Part shown: positions 12,999-27,072 of the stretch, piece by piece | Position numbering within the stretch: the first letter of the stretch is position 1 | Layout: the number at the start of each line of letters is the position of its first letter | DNA from: Octopus vulgaris | Lineage: Eukaryota | Assembly (NCBI GenBank): GCA_951406725.2 | Contig: OX597837.1 | Span: 43,524,001 to 43,588,000 of the forward strand | DNA: 64,000 nt | Reading direction: 5' to 3' | Notes under the pieces: generated by a model | Database searches by the model: none | Told to the model about the DNA's origin: nothing | Seen by the model: the letters and a program-made list of their open reading frames with translations, nothing else | Made by a program: the position numbers and the translations under genes

Positions 12999-13199
12999 AT
13001 TTGTTTTAAACATATTATGCTCGTGCCGTGAGTTGATACCCCGGGAAGTGAATTTCCATTAATAAATTATATTTTCAACAAAAAGCCTTATCACTAGGAG
13101 ACAATATTGATTGCTTCGAAATAAAAACCATAAACGCGACTTCTTATATTCAATAATTTTTTTTTATCTAGTTTGGGAAACAAGAGTCACTTAATTACT

Positions 13200-13257
<58 letters not shown>

Positions 13258-13260
<3 letters not shown>

Positions 13261-13346
13261 ACTCACACAGACACACACAAACACACAAGTTGAGACACAT
13301 ACACCCGCACACTATTATATATATATATATGCACATGCATACATAC

Positions 13347-13394
<48 letters not shown>

Positions 13395-13503
13395 ACACAC
13401 ACACACACAAACACACACTGACTCACACAGACACACACAAGCACACAAGTTGAGACACATACACCCGCACACAATTATTATATATATATGCACATGCATA
13501 CAC
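13258..13503. repeat. ~160-bp-period tandem duplication inside (CA)n
   Basis: CTGACTCACACAGAC...CAAGTTGAGACACATACACCCGCACAC at ~13258 and ~13418. Confidence 0.85.
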
Positions 13504-14028
13504 TCACACACATTTATATATAATGTAAAAATATTTACAGAAATATACATACACTTAGAGACATAAACACCTGCGCGCATACACACACACAGACACACAC
13601 ATACATACGCATACACACACATACACACGCATACACACACACACATAACTTTAATGCATGCGGTCTCATAAATATGTTTATAGATGTAAATTTTAAATTA
13701 AGGTTAATAGTTTAAAGCAATTTTAAGAATAACAACGGAACCTTTACTCATGGCTGAGTATGTGTGAGCGCGTGTGTGTGAACGTGTGTGTATATGTGTG
13801 TGTGTGTGAACGTGTGAGTGTCTGTGTGTGTATCCTACTAAAAGTTATGTCAAATTGTAAAGATCGTGCTGACTGGGACTATCTAATGTAGAGTTAAGAA
13901 TTCATAGCCATATATGTGTGTGTGTGTGTGTGTGTGTGTTCTATGTGTGTGTGTGTGTGTTCTGTGTGTGTGTGTGTGTGTTCTATGTGTGTGTGTGTGT
14001 ACATATAGGTTTATTTGTCTGTGTCTGT

Positions 14029-14346
14029 ATTCTTTTACTCTTTTACTTGTTTCAGTCATTTGACTGTGGCCATGCTGGAGCACCGCCTTTAGTCGAGCAA
14101 ATCGATCCCCAGGACCTATTCTTTGTAAGCCTAGTACTTATTCGATCGTTGTCTTTTGCCGAATCGCTAAGTTACGGGGAACGTAAATACACCAGCATCG
14201 GTTGCCAAACGATGTTGGGGGGACAAACACAGACACATACATACATATATAAATATATACATATATACGACAGGCTTCTTTCAGTTTCCGTCTACCATAT
14301 CCACTCACAAGGTTTTGATCGGCCCGAGGCTATAGTAGAATACACT
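14029..14346 (-). mobile_element. SINE family A copy lacking the tRNA head
   Basis: Body and tail match the other A copies; abuts a SINE B. Confidence 0.9.
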
Positions 14347-14347
14347 A

Positions 14348-14579
14348 TATTTCTTTACTGCCCACAAGGGGCTAAACAGAGGGAGGACAAACAAGGGCAG
14401 ACAAACGAATTAAGTCGATTATATCGACGCCAGTGCGTAACTGGTACTTTTTTATCGACTCAGAAAGGATGAAAGGCAAAGTCGATCTCGGCGGAATTTG
14501 AATTCAGAACGTAACGGCAGACGAAATACCGCTAAGCATTTCGCCCAGTGCGCTAACGTGTCTGCCAGCTCGCCGCCTT
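14348..14579 (-). mobile_element. SINE family B, full length
   Basis: Minus strand AAGGCGGCGAGCTGGCAGA ... GAATTCAAATTCCGCCGAG ... TTTGCCTTTCATCCTTTC (Meta-domain-like). Confidence 0.9.
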
Positions 14580-14581
14580 CA

Positions 14582-15860
14582 ACGAAGATATGAATATCGT
14601 TGGGCGCAAGATCCGAAACGTATGGTTGGCAGAGGAACCCTGGCCACCTCAGTTTTCTCATTGACTGATTTGTTTGTAAATATCGTGCGGTCAGACCTAG
14701 AATTATGAATGGGAATTGTTTTCACAGTCATATTCGGGTTCGTCCTCTTAGAGGATTCTCTAAGCATTTTCCCCCTAGTTTCTCTGTGTAACATTCACGG
14801 CTCAAGTTCAACCACGTTTCTGAAAATTTGGGAGAATGACACGCCTTACTTGTCAACTCAAGATACAAACACCATGAATTTCTGTGCCAATGATTGAGAT
14901 CCTTAGGGGGCGGAAAAGAAGCTTGACACTTTTCCATGTTGTTAACCTTCGTTTCTAGATAATAAATATATACTCGCGTTCCGCACCCTATCATAGATCA
15001 ACCACGGAAAAAGAAACGCTTCCAGTAGATCAGTGCAGACGTTCACTGATATTTCCTTCAAATCGGATTTATTTTTCTAGCCTGGTACTTATTCTATTGG
15101 TGTCTTGTGCGAAACTGCTTAGTTACGGGAATGTCAACACACCAACACCGGTTGCCAAGTGGTAGTGGGGGATAAACACAGACACAAAGACAAAATGACA
15201 CGCAGACACAAAGACAAGCACCATGTTGTGAACTTTCGTTTCTAGATAATAAATATATAGTCGCGTTCCGCACCCTATCATAGATCAACCAGGGAAAAAG
15301 AAAGAGCAATCGTTCCCTCATTCGCTTGAAACGCATCCAGTAGATCAATACAGACGTTCACCGATCTCTCCTTCAAATCGGATGTCAATTCCTGAGCTTC
15401 CCAAGACCCAGTCTTCCACTATATTTGGCAATGCATCGTAACTCCATTCCAATTGTACAACACCATCATGGAATGTATCTCATTTGTTTGTTCGGATCAA
15501 TTTATTCACTCGCTTGCAATGTTTGTCGGTGTTCCCAGTTGAGGATCGCACACTGCGTTTCGCTTTTTGCTTTCTTTTCGTCAATACTGGTGATATATTT
15601 TTCTTTAAGCTTCTTCATCCTTCTCAGCTCATTGCTCATCTCAGTGGCATCGTCTCCATAAACAAAACCTTCTGCAGACATCAAATAACCTGCAAGAACT
15701 CAGTGACGACAGATTACTTCAGTTGGAATCATTATTTACAAGTGATCGAAATGGAAGCAACAACAGAAATATGACACAACCAATTTGAACGACCCATATC
15801 CGATAACACAAAAGTTATGTTCCGCTGTTCATTACTTGAAATAGAACTCACTGTGTATGT
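14582..15860 (-). mobile_element. Highly degenerate mariner transposase relic
   Basis: Minus-strand fragments in the expected order: VYGDDA..SNELRRMKKLKEKYITSID; IGCGTRLYIYYLETKVHNME (cf. IVTGDETWxxxYDPETK..SMEW); KLRWPGFLCQPYVSDLAPNDIHIF (cf. YSPDLAPSD). Confidence 0.7.
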
Positions 15861-15904
15861 ATATATGTAAGCATGCATGCATGTATGTATATATAATAAA
15901 TGTT

Positions 15905-15975
<71 letters not shown>

Positions 15976-16205
15976 TTGCATGCATCTATGTATGTCCGTA
16001 TGCATTTATATAAGTATGCACACATGTAGTATGTATATATGTATATGTATATGTAGGTATGTATATATGCATGTATGTATATATATATGTTTGTGTGTGT
16101 ATGCATGTATGCAAGTAGGTATATATGCAAGTATTTATGTCTATATGTATGGATATTTACCTGTATGTGTATTATGTGAATGTGTGTGTGTTTGTGTCTG
16201 TGTGT

Positions 16206-16243
<38 letters not shown>

Positions 16244-16379
16244 GAAAGAGACGTGGGGTTATTCTCATTTAAATTTTATTCCATGACTACGTATATATGT
16301 GTGTTTCTATCTGTATACTGTACACACATATATACAATAAAAATGTGATAAATACGTCCTTTCCTTGTAAATGGTATTG

Positions 16380-17850
16380 TATACACACCAAGTAATCTAG
16401 CAGTGGTCTGCCATCAAATTTGCTTGCCAGATTCCTTGATATCGATCTTTCAAAGATTTAATATCCTGCTGAAATCTCTCTCCATTTTCGTCATTAGCAG
16501 CGCCAAAATTTCAGGAGTGAAATCCATTTGTAACGGTGACGAATTTAACGTAATAAACACTCGCCAAATGCCTATATCTGTGAACTTCTCAATCAGTTTC
16601 TCAACTTCATTTCGACAAGGAGACCCGCGAATACTTAAGGAGTTAACACATCCTTATAAAGATACACCAAATTTTACTCCAAGGTGTTGTGAATGCGTCA
16701 TCAAAATATTATATTTATCTTCGAATATTTCCCGGATTTCAGGTCCTTTATTTTAAAAAATTCGCTCTTTCATTTTGGCAGCACATAATTCTGAAAATAT
16801 TTCTGGAAGAAAATATTTCTGGAAGAAAATGAAATCATCTTTTACGATGGCCTTAACAAATACCTTCATTAAACGAACCGTATTGTGAAGAAGTGGTTAA
16901 AATATTTTATTCGAATCAGCTACAGGAATTGATTGAATGCTGCATCTTGTAGAGATATATGAAGGCCTGCTTAGTCATTCTCTTCCTTTATAATGATTTG
17001 TAAAAGACGAGTGCCCCACATATAAAGGAACCTGCTTGGTGAATTTCTCTTCTATGCCTGTTAACATAGCAATTATTTCAAGATGCGCACAAGGGTTCCA
17101 CTGGTGATCAGCGTATTGAACTGAATTCAAAAGGACATTCATTTTAACAAAAGTTTCATGTAAATGCACCGAATTAGCTGTTGGAGTTGACAGAAACTAA
17201 AATGCTTATTATACAATAAAAATGGCTTTTTAAAATTCGTATTGATGCATCTTTAAAAAGTTGTCATTCACGTAAAACTTGTCGTTTCAGTAAAACTTGC
17301 AAAATGCCTGTTCATGTCAAGAATCAAACCGAGAGGACGATTCTCTCTGAAATAAAATGTTAAATCATAATTTTGCTTTCTATAATAATTCACCGTTATA
17401 TTCTCTTCATGCAAGTATCTTTCTGTCAAATGAGAGAAGAGCTCTGCTTTGAGATCGCTCAAACTTCATTGGGTGAAAAGAATCTTACCTATATTTCTTC
17501 TGATTTATATGCATTGGTTCCTGCATTGGTTGCATTTGCTTTAATATCTAATTCCTTTAGAATACAGTTTACCTATTTAAGGAAGTTATGAAGGGTGTAC
17601 AGGATTTTATCAATAGTGCGAGGGGGCTTAGTTGAGGCAAATGAACTTTGTACCTGCAGTTTGAATAAAAACCTGGAATACTAACAATATTCAAAATGGC
17701 AGTCTATTATGTGTTCCTTCTGCTCCATTTATATTAATAACATTACAAAAGGGACAAAGGGGCTTTGAATCTCTTTAGGTTGGAACATCGCTTGCAAAAA
17801 AAAAAAACGGAAGAAAAACGTTCTGAGTGATTTTTACATTCCCTCCACTT
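16380..17850 (-). mobile_element. Chapaev-type (CMC superfamily) transposase relic
   Basis: Collinear degenerate motifs on the minus strand: RECKNHSERF; EQKEHIIDCHF..IVSIPGF; KAELFSHL..NYYRK; HETFVKMNVLLNSVQYADHQWN; PLLHNTVRLMKVFVKA; PENFGAANDENGERFQQDI..RYQG..MADHC. Confidence 0.8.
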
Positions 17851-17913
17851 GCAATATATGTCGAAGTGCATTGAATAACTACCTAGAGGAGGCATCTTCC
17901 TGAGGTTAAAATA

Positions 17914-18295
17914 TTGGGTTGTCCGGGAGGTTCGTGCCGATTTTTAAAGGAAAGAAAAAGGTTAGTAAATACTAGCCATTACATTTTTAATCAACCAAAT
18001 ATGAACATTTTGTTGCACAATGCATCTCCATCTTTCCTTTAACTTGAAAATACTCTCTTCCCAGAATTGAGGTAGTATCGTGGCAAAGAATTCATCAAGG
18101 TATCTTTTTACGTCAAACAAAGGAATTGAAATTTTTACCATTAAGACTATTCTGCAGAGACCTGAATAAGTGGAAATCCGAAGGATCAATATCTGGTGAA
18201 TATGGAGGGTGGGGTAACACATCCCAGCCGATCTGCAGCAATTTTTGCCTGGTTCCCAAAGCATCATGTGCCGAAAATGAACTTTCTTATCTTCC
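17914..18295 (-). mobile_element. Second, one-ended copy of the 5528-6092 mariner MITE
   Basis: TA|TTGGGTTGTCCGG TIR and body collinear with 5528-~5910, with the same internal junction. Confidence 0.9.
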
Positions 18296-18321
18296 CTTTT
18301 GTCACCTCCATTACTCTTGCC

Positions 18322-18400
<79 letters not shown>

Positions 18401-18937
18401 ATACAGTTTCATGCTACTTTATTTTATTAAACACTGTAAGTATTACATCAGTTTTAAAATGTCGAGCAATCTTCAGCCACATATAGAATTTTTTTTAATT
18501 AAACGGACAATTCACATTTTTATACTTATTTCATTTGCCAACATTACAAAGAGGGTAGATATATAGACAGGGAGTGTAATTTCATCATTAAGAATATGGG
18601 GGTAGTATGTTCTTCTCCATCTGCAGATTTTTTTATCACTTATGCATATATATATATATATATTTATATATGTCTGTATGTATGTATATACATTAGTGTG
18701 TGTAATTTGGTGTGCATACGGAAGTGGGGTATTGTGTATTTGTAAACAACAATTGCAAATTAGAACACAATGTATTGGAGGCCTAATCTTCAAACAAAAG
18801 TACTTTTACCATTGTTTGAAATAAACATTTTACGATTATTGTTTACGCTGCAATACACCAATAACACATTGATTATATAAAAGATAAAATAAAACGTTCG
18901 TTTACACTGTATATATATATATATATATATACGTACG

Positions 18938-18972
<35 letters not shown>

Positions 18973-19049
18973 ATATATATATGTGTGTGTGTATATATAT
19001 GTGTGTGTGTGTGTGTATGAGTATATATATGTGTGCGTGTGTGTATTTA

Positions 19050-19090
<41 letters not shown>

Positions 19091-19105
19091 ATATGTGTAT
19101 ATATA

Positions 19106-19150
<45 letters not shown>

Positions 19151-19584
19151 ATATATGTGTGTGTATATATATGTGTGTATATATGTGTGTGTGTGTATAG
19201 AAACCTGTGTATATGCGTGTGTGTGTGTGCGTGCATGTCTACACACGCACGAATTGATTTCCTCTCCGGTATCTTCGTTTCTTTCTGTGTACATACATGC
19301 ATACACGCATGCATACACGTAATCACTCAGAGATATACACAGATACATGCCCACAATCACACGCACGCACGCACACACACAGACACACATACGCACACAC
19401 ACCCACAACTCATACACACGCATATATTCCTACATGTTAGCATTGGATCCAATGTATTCCACTCTCGAATACTATTTAAAGGGCCGTTAACATGTAGCAC
19501 AAATTACGTTAATACTTTTATGATACACACACACGTATTTGAATATGGCTAGGTACAGACGTCTATTCTATATTATATACGGGC

Positions 19585-19905
19585 ATGAATGCATGCATGC
19601 ATGTATGTATGTATGTATGTATGTATGTATGTATGTATGTGTGTATGTATGTATGTATGTATGTATTTATGTATATATGTATGTATGTATGTATTTATGT
19701 ATGTATGTATGTATGTATGTATGTATGTATGTATGAATGTATGTATATATGTATGTATGTATGTATGTATTTATGTATGTATGTATGTATGTATGTATGT
19801 ATGTATGTATGTATGTATGTATGTATGTATGTATGTATGTGTGTGTATGTATGAATGTATGTATGTATGTATGTATGTATGTATGTATGTATGTATGTAT
19901 TTATG

Positions 19906-19939
<34 letters not shown>

Positions 19940-19981
19940 TTTATGTATGTATGTATGTATGTATGTATGTATGTATGTATG

Positions 19982-20012
<31 letters not shown>

Positions 20013-20352
20013 TTATGTATGTATGTATGTATGTATGTATGTATGTATGTGTGTGTGTATGTATGTATGTATGTATGAATGTATGTATGTATGTATATAT
20101 GCATGTATGTATGTATGTAGTGTGTATGTATGTGTGTGTGTATGTATGTGTGTGTGTATTTATGTATGTATGTATGTATGTATGTATGTATGTATGAATG
20201 TATGTATGTATGTATGTATGTATGTATGTATGTATGTATTTATGTATGTATGTATGTATGTATGAATGAATGTATGTATGTATATATGCATGTATGTATG
20301 TATGTAGTGTGTATGTATGTGTGTGTGTATGTATGTATGTATGTATGTATGT
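19585..20352. repeat. (TATG)n array with internal higher-order duplication
   Basis: The block ATATATGCATGTATGTATGTATGTAGTGTG occurs at ~20095 and ~20282. Confidence 0.95.
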
Positions 20353-21704
20353 CATTCTTCAGTTTTATTTCAGGATTTCTTGCCAATAGGGAAAGAACCT
20401 AGATCCAAGGTTCCTTCATTGGAATTTCAGCATCATCAAAAAGAACAGGGTATTTTTTTATGTATGTATGTATACGCGCAGATTTGTATTTTTGTTTTAT
20501 GTATATATTCTCATGCATATACTTGTATATCTAGACAGTACATATACATATAGTTGACGGGAGAGGTAGAGAGGAAAAACAGAATATTTAATGCAAGGGA
20601 GCAGGGGAGATGTGATATAGCTGAAAGAAGTAAAAGGAGAAAGGTGGGGAGAAAGTGAATAAAAGAGAGAATGAGAGAGAAAGATAGAGAGAGAGAGAAA
20701 TTGTATTTACTGAAGGGACCAGCGAAAAGTGTTAGTTCTTTTACGTTTTGTTTTTAATTTTCATATCACCCATCACTTAACGCAAGCGCTTTAGTGAAGC
20801 AACTATCGTCTGCTTAGACAAAGCTTATAAGATATGGCCAACATCAGACGATACAAAACTAACAAGACAAAGAATGATAAGCTTCTTTTCAAATAACCTT
20901 ATTAAGATTCGTTAAAAATTTGCCAACGTAATGAAGCTGAATGATGTTATAGAAAATGTTTTTTTGATTCTGGTCCATACTTAGTACAGTTTACTTCTTA
21001 ACGTAAACTGAAAGATAACAGACGACTCACGAAGGAGAAGTTGTAAGAATATATAATCTTTCAGATGTTTCTTGGGATTGTACCTTAAATATGGACTTTT
21101 ACATCATTTCAAGGTTCTAAGTGTTCAGAAAATTATAACATTTCACCATACAATTTTGTAAATGGGCGTGGAATTTCCACGGGAAACTACTAGGAAAATA
21201 TAAAGCTTTATATGTAGGTCATCCAAAATTCCATTGGTTTTACAATATGTAAATGTATGTACACACTCACATATACCCACACACAGGCTTTGACAAATGA
21301 GCTAATATATACACATAAACATCAGTAAGCAATACAAATGACTCTTTGAAGAGTTTCTCTAAGACAAATCTTTAGAGTTAATACTGTTACATGTTTTAGA
21401 TGTTAGACCTTTCAGCAAAATGTTAAACCTTTCAACGCATAAAGCGTATATATCCACTGAAAATTTTCTTACGGTTAATGAAGCAAAATATGGAAATCGG
21501 TATTGCCCTTAAGTCTTTGAGAAAATGTCTTTGTACAAAAGACAATTTTTGAGATGTTTTCACTAATTCTATCAAATCTCTCTTAACAGAGCAAGAGTCA
21601 AATACTTTTGTTCCTGGATATGAAAACCATACCTACAGGAGATACTGAAAAAAGTATTGCAGAAACAGAAAAATACCAATTCTGTTGTTTTAGAAGATAA
21701 CTCT

Positions 21705-21910
21705 TACACAAGACCAGCAATTTTGAAAGGATAAGGAAATCAATTGCATCAAGCGCAGTTCTGAACAGGTATTCATTTTATCGACCTCGAAGGGAGAAAA
21801 GAAAAATGAGTTGACCTCAGTGGAATTTGATCTCAGAACGTAAAGTCAGAAGAAATGCCGCTAAGTATTTGATTCGGAATGTCTACGATTCTGTTAGCAA
21901 GTGCGCCCTT
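21705..21910 (-). mobile_element. SINE family B, diverged copy
   Basis: GACCTCAGTGGAATTTGATCTCAGAACGTAAAG ... CCGCTAAG. Confidence 0.75.
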
Positions 21911-22030
21911 TTTTTTTTTTTTGTTATTCTCTCTGCCGGATAATTAACATAATTATGGAAATACCCATGGAATTTAATCACGCAGTCAGTGTTAATCAAA
22001 ATTTCGTAGTCATTTTCCTCTACTTAGCTC

Positions 22031-22101
22031 TTTTAGGCGGTGACCCAGCCTGGCCGCAGTCCTGTAACTGAAACAAGGGAAAAAAAGATAAAAGAAATAA
22101 A
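22031..22101 (+). mobile_element. SINE A-type 3' tail fragment
   Basis: GGCGGTGACCCAGCCTGGCCGCAGTCCTGTAACTGAAACAAG plus A-rich tail, tail-to-tail with the next copy. Confidence 0.7.
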
Positions 22102-22124
22102 ACAGAACATTCTCATTCTCATTT

Positions 22125-22521
22125 CTCATTTACTCATTTACTTGTTTCAGTCATTTTACTGCGGCCATGCTGGAGCACCGCCTTTAGTCGAGCAACTCGA
22201 CCCCGGGACTTATTTTTTTGTAAGCCCAGTACTTATTCTATCGGTCTCTTATGCCGAACCGCTAAGTTACGGGGACGTAAACACACCAGCATCGGTTGTC
22301 AAGCAATGCTAGGGGAACAAACACAGACACACAAACACACACATATATATATATACATATATACGACAGGCTTCTTTCAGTTTCCGTCTACCAAATCCAC
22401 TCACAAGGCATTGGTCGGCCCGGGGCTATAGTAGAAGACACTTGCCCAAGATGCCACGCAGTGGGACTGAACCCGGAACCATGTGGTTGGTTAGCAAGCT
22501 ACTTACCACACAGCCACTCCT
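22125..22521 (-). mobile_element. SINE family A, full length
   Basis: Minus-strand head AGGAGTGGCTGTGTGGTAAG (A box) ... GGGTTCAGTCCC (B box), internal (TA)/(TG) tract, tail. Confidence 0.93.
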
Positions 22522-22904
22522 TTTTTCTGATACCAAATTTTAAAAGAAATTTTTGTGGAGAATGTTGCTCTTATATCGTTTTAATGAATAACCAAAGATT
22601 TTCTAATCACAAGCTGTGAAATACGTTTAATTTAAATTATATCAATATAAGTTGTAACAGAGCTAAATTGGTGTCAATCTTGAAACATATGGCAGTCTCA
22701 AGGTGTTAAGGTTCATTGTACTTTGAGTGACATGTTTTCATTAGCGTGAACAAAATAATTAGTTATATAGAATTACTATCTCATTAATCTAGATGCTAAA
22801 TCGTTAAACTAAGACATTATCTCTTGCCTGACTCTCTCTCTCTCTCTCCTCCCTCTCTCTGGGAATAATTTCCATTGTTTAATATAACAATGAATAATTC
22901 TTAG

Positions 22905-23097
22905 CACCTTTTACTCTTTACTTGTCTCGGTCTTTGGACTCCAGCCATGCTGGAGCAACAAGCTGAAGGGTTCAGTCGTACAAGCCGACAGTACTATTAT
23001 TTTTAGGCTTGATACCTATTCTAGCGAACTGATTTACCTTGCTGAACCGCTTAGTTGTGGGGACGTAAACAAACCTACATTGCTGGTCAAGCAGTGT
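22905..23097 (-). mobile_element. SINE family A, old 3' half
   Basis: GCCATGCTGGAGCA ... GAACCGCTTAGTTGTGGGGACGTAAAC. Confidence 0.7.
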
Positions 23098-23523
23098 ACT
23101 CTTTCTCCTCTCTACTCACTCACAACCCACTTATGTCTATCTTGATATCTATCTTTCTCACTGTATATACACCCACCTAATACATTGCTTCAACATGAAC
23201 GCATCATTCAAAATACTGTCTGGATTTCCTTGGGATTATACCTAAGGGCCTAATCCTTCACAGCAGTACGGACCAACCTCCATACACTCTGGAAAGAGAT
23301 GAACTGTGGACTTTTATTTTCCTGTCTGCATTCTTCAGTCTACTTCTCTTGATTCGTCTATTTTATTCCTTATAAACTGCGAATTTCCCTGTCTGAAACT
23401 TTCATACACACTGGCCATATCTCTGATTACGGAATACCCAGTGTACAGACATGCTAGCCTATCACTTGGGATATCCCAGAAACAGATGTAACACTTCAAA
23501 TTTACTTTGCCCTAAATTATTAT

Positions 23524-24035
23524 ACTTGGAAAAATGCGAGCATGGAAAGTAATATTCTTTAGATTATAAACATGGAAAAGTACAGGACAAGTTATTACAC
23601 CTGTAAAAGTATAAGACAAACTATTACTTCAAGAAAAGAATAAGAAACTTATTACTTAAAATATTGCAGCAAAGAATGCCAGTTCTTCTAATTTATCACT
23701 CTTTACAGTTCTCACCTTTTAAATTTGTTGTATAAAAGATTTTCAGTTAATTTATAAGTTAGTCTAATTAATCACCTTTTTTCTGTATTTAAGATAGTAA
23801 ATTAGCCAAATTCTACTTAAATAAATATAGTGTTCTTTGTAAACTATAATAAAATATTTTTAATATTCAAATGTTAATTTTAGCTGCAATATTTTAAGTA
23901 AAAAATTTTCTTATTCTATATTTTACTTGAAGTAATAGATTGTCCTATAATTTTACAGGTGTAATAACTTGTCCTGTGCTTTTCTAGGTCTATAATCTTA
24001 AAAATATTACTTTTCATGCTCGTATTTTTCGATGT
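23524..24035. mobile_element. MITE-like element with ~145-bp imperfect terminal inverted repeats
   Basis: 23524-23671 (GAAAAATGCGAGCATG..CAGGACAAGTTATTACACCTGTAAAA..TTACTTAAAATATTGCAGC) is reverse-complementary to ~23883-24035. Confidence 0.85.
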
Positions 24036-24631
24036 CATCCATGGTTTTCCCAGGCATTGCTGTTATAAGATAATTAATAATGTGTCAATAATTTAAGATT
24101 CTACCTTGAACATATATGCAAAATATGCATGCATATCATCGGCAGAAGTCAGAGTGTAACTCAAAAGCTGAGAGTTTCGTGTATTGGCACTTATCAAACA
24201 CGAATTTGTCCATTGTCAGTCTGTAACTTGTGACGAAATAACTTCTAAAATACAAAATTTTGTCGAAAACGTTAAGAGTAGACCCTGTTGTATGTGACAC
24301 ATTATACCAGTATCGGAATTTTCAAAGAGTTTAGTTTAAAAAAATAATTAAATAATCTGTACGTCAAATTGAATAAAATATCATCAACTCTCCCTAAATT
24401 CTCCCTAAAAATAAACAAAAATGTTAATATTCAGTATGTTGGCGACAGGAATTTCTATCAAAGAGACTTGGTTAAACAAAGTTATACATCATCACCCTCT
24501 TTCTCTCATATACCGATACTTTCCTTCTCGTTTATTATTACTCCCACTGCCACCATCAATACTACTACATTTTATAAAACATCAACAATGCTCCCTAAAT
24601 ATATTTGCCTCTCTTTCTCTCCATTTCCTTT

Positions 24632-24674
<43 letters not shown>

Positions 24675-24817
24675 GTCTTCGCCACCACCTTCACTGTCTC
24701 TATGCCCACTATTACTCTCACCCCATCATGAAGAATAGCGGGAGTGACATTGACTAGTAAGTGAGGGGTTCTAAGTGTGACACACTGATACACAGAAATT
24801 AGTTTTCGCATTTATTA

Positions 24818-24856
<39 letters not shown>

Positions 24857-24945
24857 TCTACATATAAACGTGTGTTTATACATAAATACATCATATAAAA
24901 TCACACACACACCACCAACACTGGCGCATACATACCCTCACATAG

Positions 24946-25021
<76 letters not shown>

Positions 25022-25590
25022 TCATGTAGAGAATAGTGGTATAAACATCAAAGAATAAATCTACGGTAATTAAGAGCCCAATTAATAAGAGGTCATTAAA
25101 CTCCGACAGTTTAATTTTTATTTTAAAGTAAATCCGGGTGGGAACAAATCGCATGTGTCTACATAATCGGCCAATACTAATTTATGATCAGCATATTTCT
25201 CAATTTTACTGTCTCTCTCTCTCTCTCTCTTCCTTCCTTTCTCTCTCTCTTCCTTCTTCTCTCACTCCTATCTTTGTGTGTGCGCTTGTATATACATACA
25301 TGCATACATGCATAAATGCATACATACATATATACATACATGCATACATACATACATACATAAATATATACATAAATACATACATACATACATGCATACA
25401 TACATACATACATAAATACATACATAAATACATACATACATACATACATAAATACATACATACATACATACATACATACATACATACACACATAAGTGTG
25501 TTTGAGTCTAGCTTCAAATCTAACATCTCAACTACTTCATATGACATCATATTAACTACATATCTATAATAATTTCTTGGGAATAGTGCC

Positions 25591-25642
<52 letters not shown>

Positions 25643-25663
25643 GCACGCATGCACACACAATTA

Positions 25664-26920
25664 CAAGGTGCGGTGAACAAATTGTCGCCTATATCATAAA
25701 AAATTGAAAAGAACATTACATATCATTTTAACAGATTTACCAAAATTACCTACAAAATATCTTGAAATATCAATGAGTAAATACATTCAATAAAATCACC
25801 ATCAGCTTCTACCACGGCCTGCAGACGACATCGGAAACTTCTGCAAATCTTCTGAACGCTCTCATTGTTTAAGTTGGCCAATGCCTTCACTTCATCTTTG
25901 GTGTTACAAGAAGTTTTGTTGGTCGCTCGCTCAACTGCGCCCCACATTTAATTATGAAGGGGGTTGCAGTCTTGGGAGATAGGTAGCCAGATGGGTGATG
26001 TGGTCGCAGAAATTGTCTGACAGCCATGACTGGGTTTTCCTGCTTGTGTGGCATGGGGTAGCATCCTGTTGCCAGAGATAGAGTCTTCCTGCAGCCACCC
26101 TCTTCGCCGAGAGCAGCACTACCTTACCCAAGTACTTGATATAGGCTTCCGTGTTGTATGTGAGGCTGTGTGGGAAAATGAATGGAGGCATAACGTCGCC
26201 ATCACTAGTGATCATTCCAGATACAATGATGTTGACTCGATATTTGATTTTTATCAATCTCGGTACATGTTTTGGGGACACTGCAAGCCAACGGTTTCTC
26301 TTTGTGTTCACCATCTGAGAAGAACCAACGCATGGTCGGTTGGAGAGGATGCTTGAGTTTGTTGAAAACCTTCGTAGCGCGGTCTTTCGTCTGGTCCTTG
26401 ATGGTTTTGGATAAAAATTGGCCCTCTCTCATCTTGTATGAGGAATAGGAATCTCGAATGTCTCCATGCACTACTTGCTTGATAAGAAGTTTAGACACTC
26501 CCATCTCCTTGGTGGTGGACCTGATTGACTTGGAAGGATCGTTGTCAATCATGCCCTGTATTTCACCAACAAATTCAGCTGTTCTTTTCTTATCAGACCA
26601 ATCAGAGTGAGTCTTCTGAGCTATCCTACTTTCATAATTACTATTATACTCACCGACCTCTTTCCGAATTCTCTGCAAAGTCCTCCAATTGACACCCAAA
26701 CACTCTGAAATGTTCGTAATAGAGATTCCGGTGAGAATGCCAAGCAACACAGAATGTAGATTCCAAATTTCTGGCGGAGCGAATTGATGTTGGCTTTCTC
26801 TCAGACGGTGCCCAACTGAACCTGCTATACTGTGTAGTCGATAAAATAAAAATAAAAAGACAAAGTGCATGCGCGAAAATAAAACTATAGAATAACGAAA
26901 ATTTCACCCATCGTACCCTG
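25664..26920 (-). mobile_element. Near full-length Tc1/mariner-superfamily element, DD37D/maT-like, frameshifted
   Basis: TA|CAAGGTGCGGTG ... CATCGTACCCTG|TA imperfect TIRs; ORFs 26205..26870 (DPSKSIR..WFFSD), 25952..26314 (WQQDATPCHTSRKTQ), then SPDCNPL and 25750..25947 (WGAVE..CRSFRCRLQAVVEADGDFIE). Confidence 0.9.
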
Positions 26921-27034
26921 TATATATATAAACTCATATACACATGCATATATATATATATATATGTTGATTCGTTAGCTACTGCACGCATTTTTTTCTC
27001 TCCTTCTTTCTGTGTTTTATTTTCTCTCTGTGTA

Positions 27035-27072
27035 TCTTTCTGTTGAAGAGCGTAGGCTCGAAACGTTAAAGA
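27035..27072 (+). ncRNA. Variant minimal hammerhead-like motif in a (TA)n-flanked module (~26965-27172)
   Basis: TCTTT-CTGTTGA-A-GAGC-GTAG-GCTC-GAAA-CG-TT-AAAGA: stems I and II pair fully, palindromic AACGTT replaces stem III, core A6>U. Confidence 0.6.

Noticed and set aside
20780-21700. Unique AT-rich stretch with minus-strand acceptor-like sites
   Set aside because: No sustained open frame or recognisable motif
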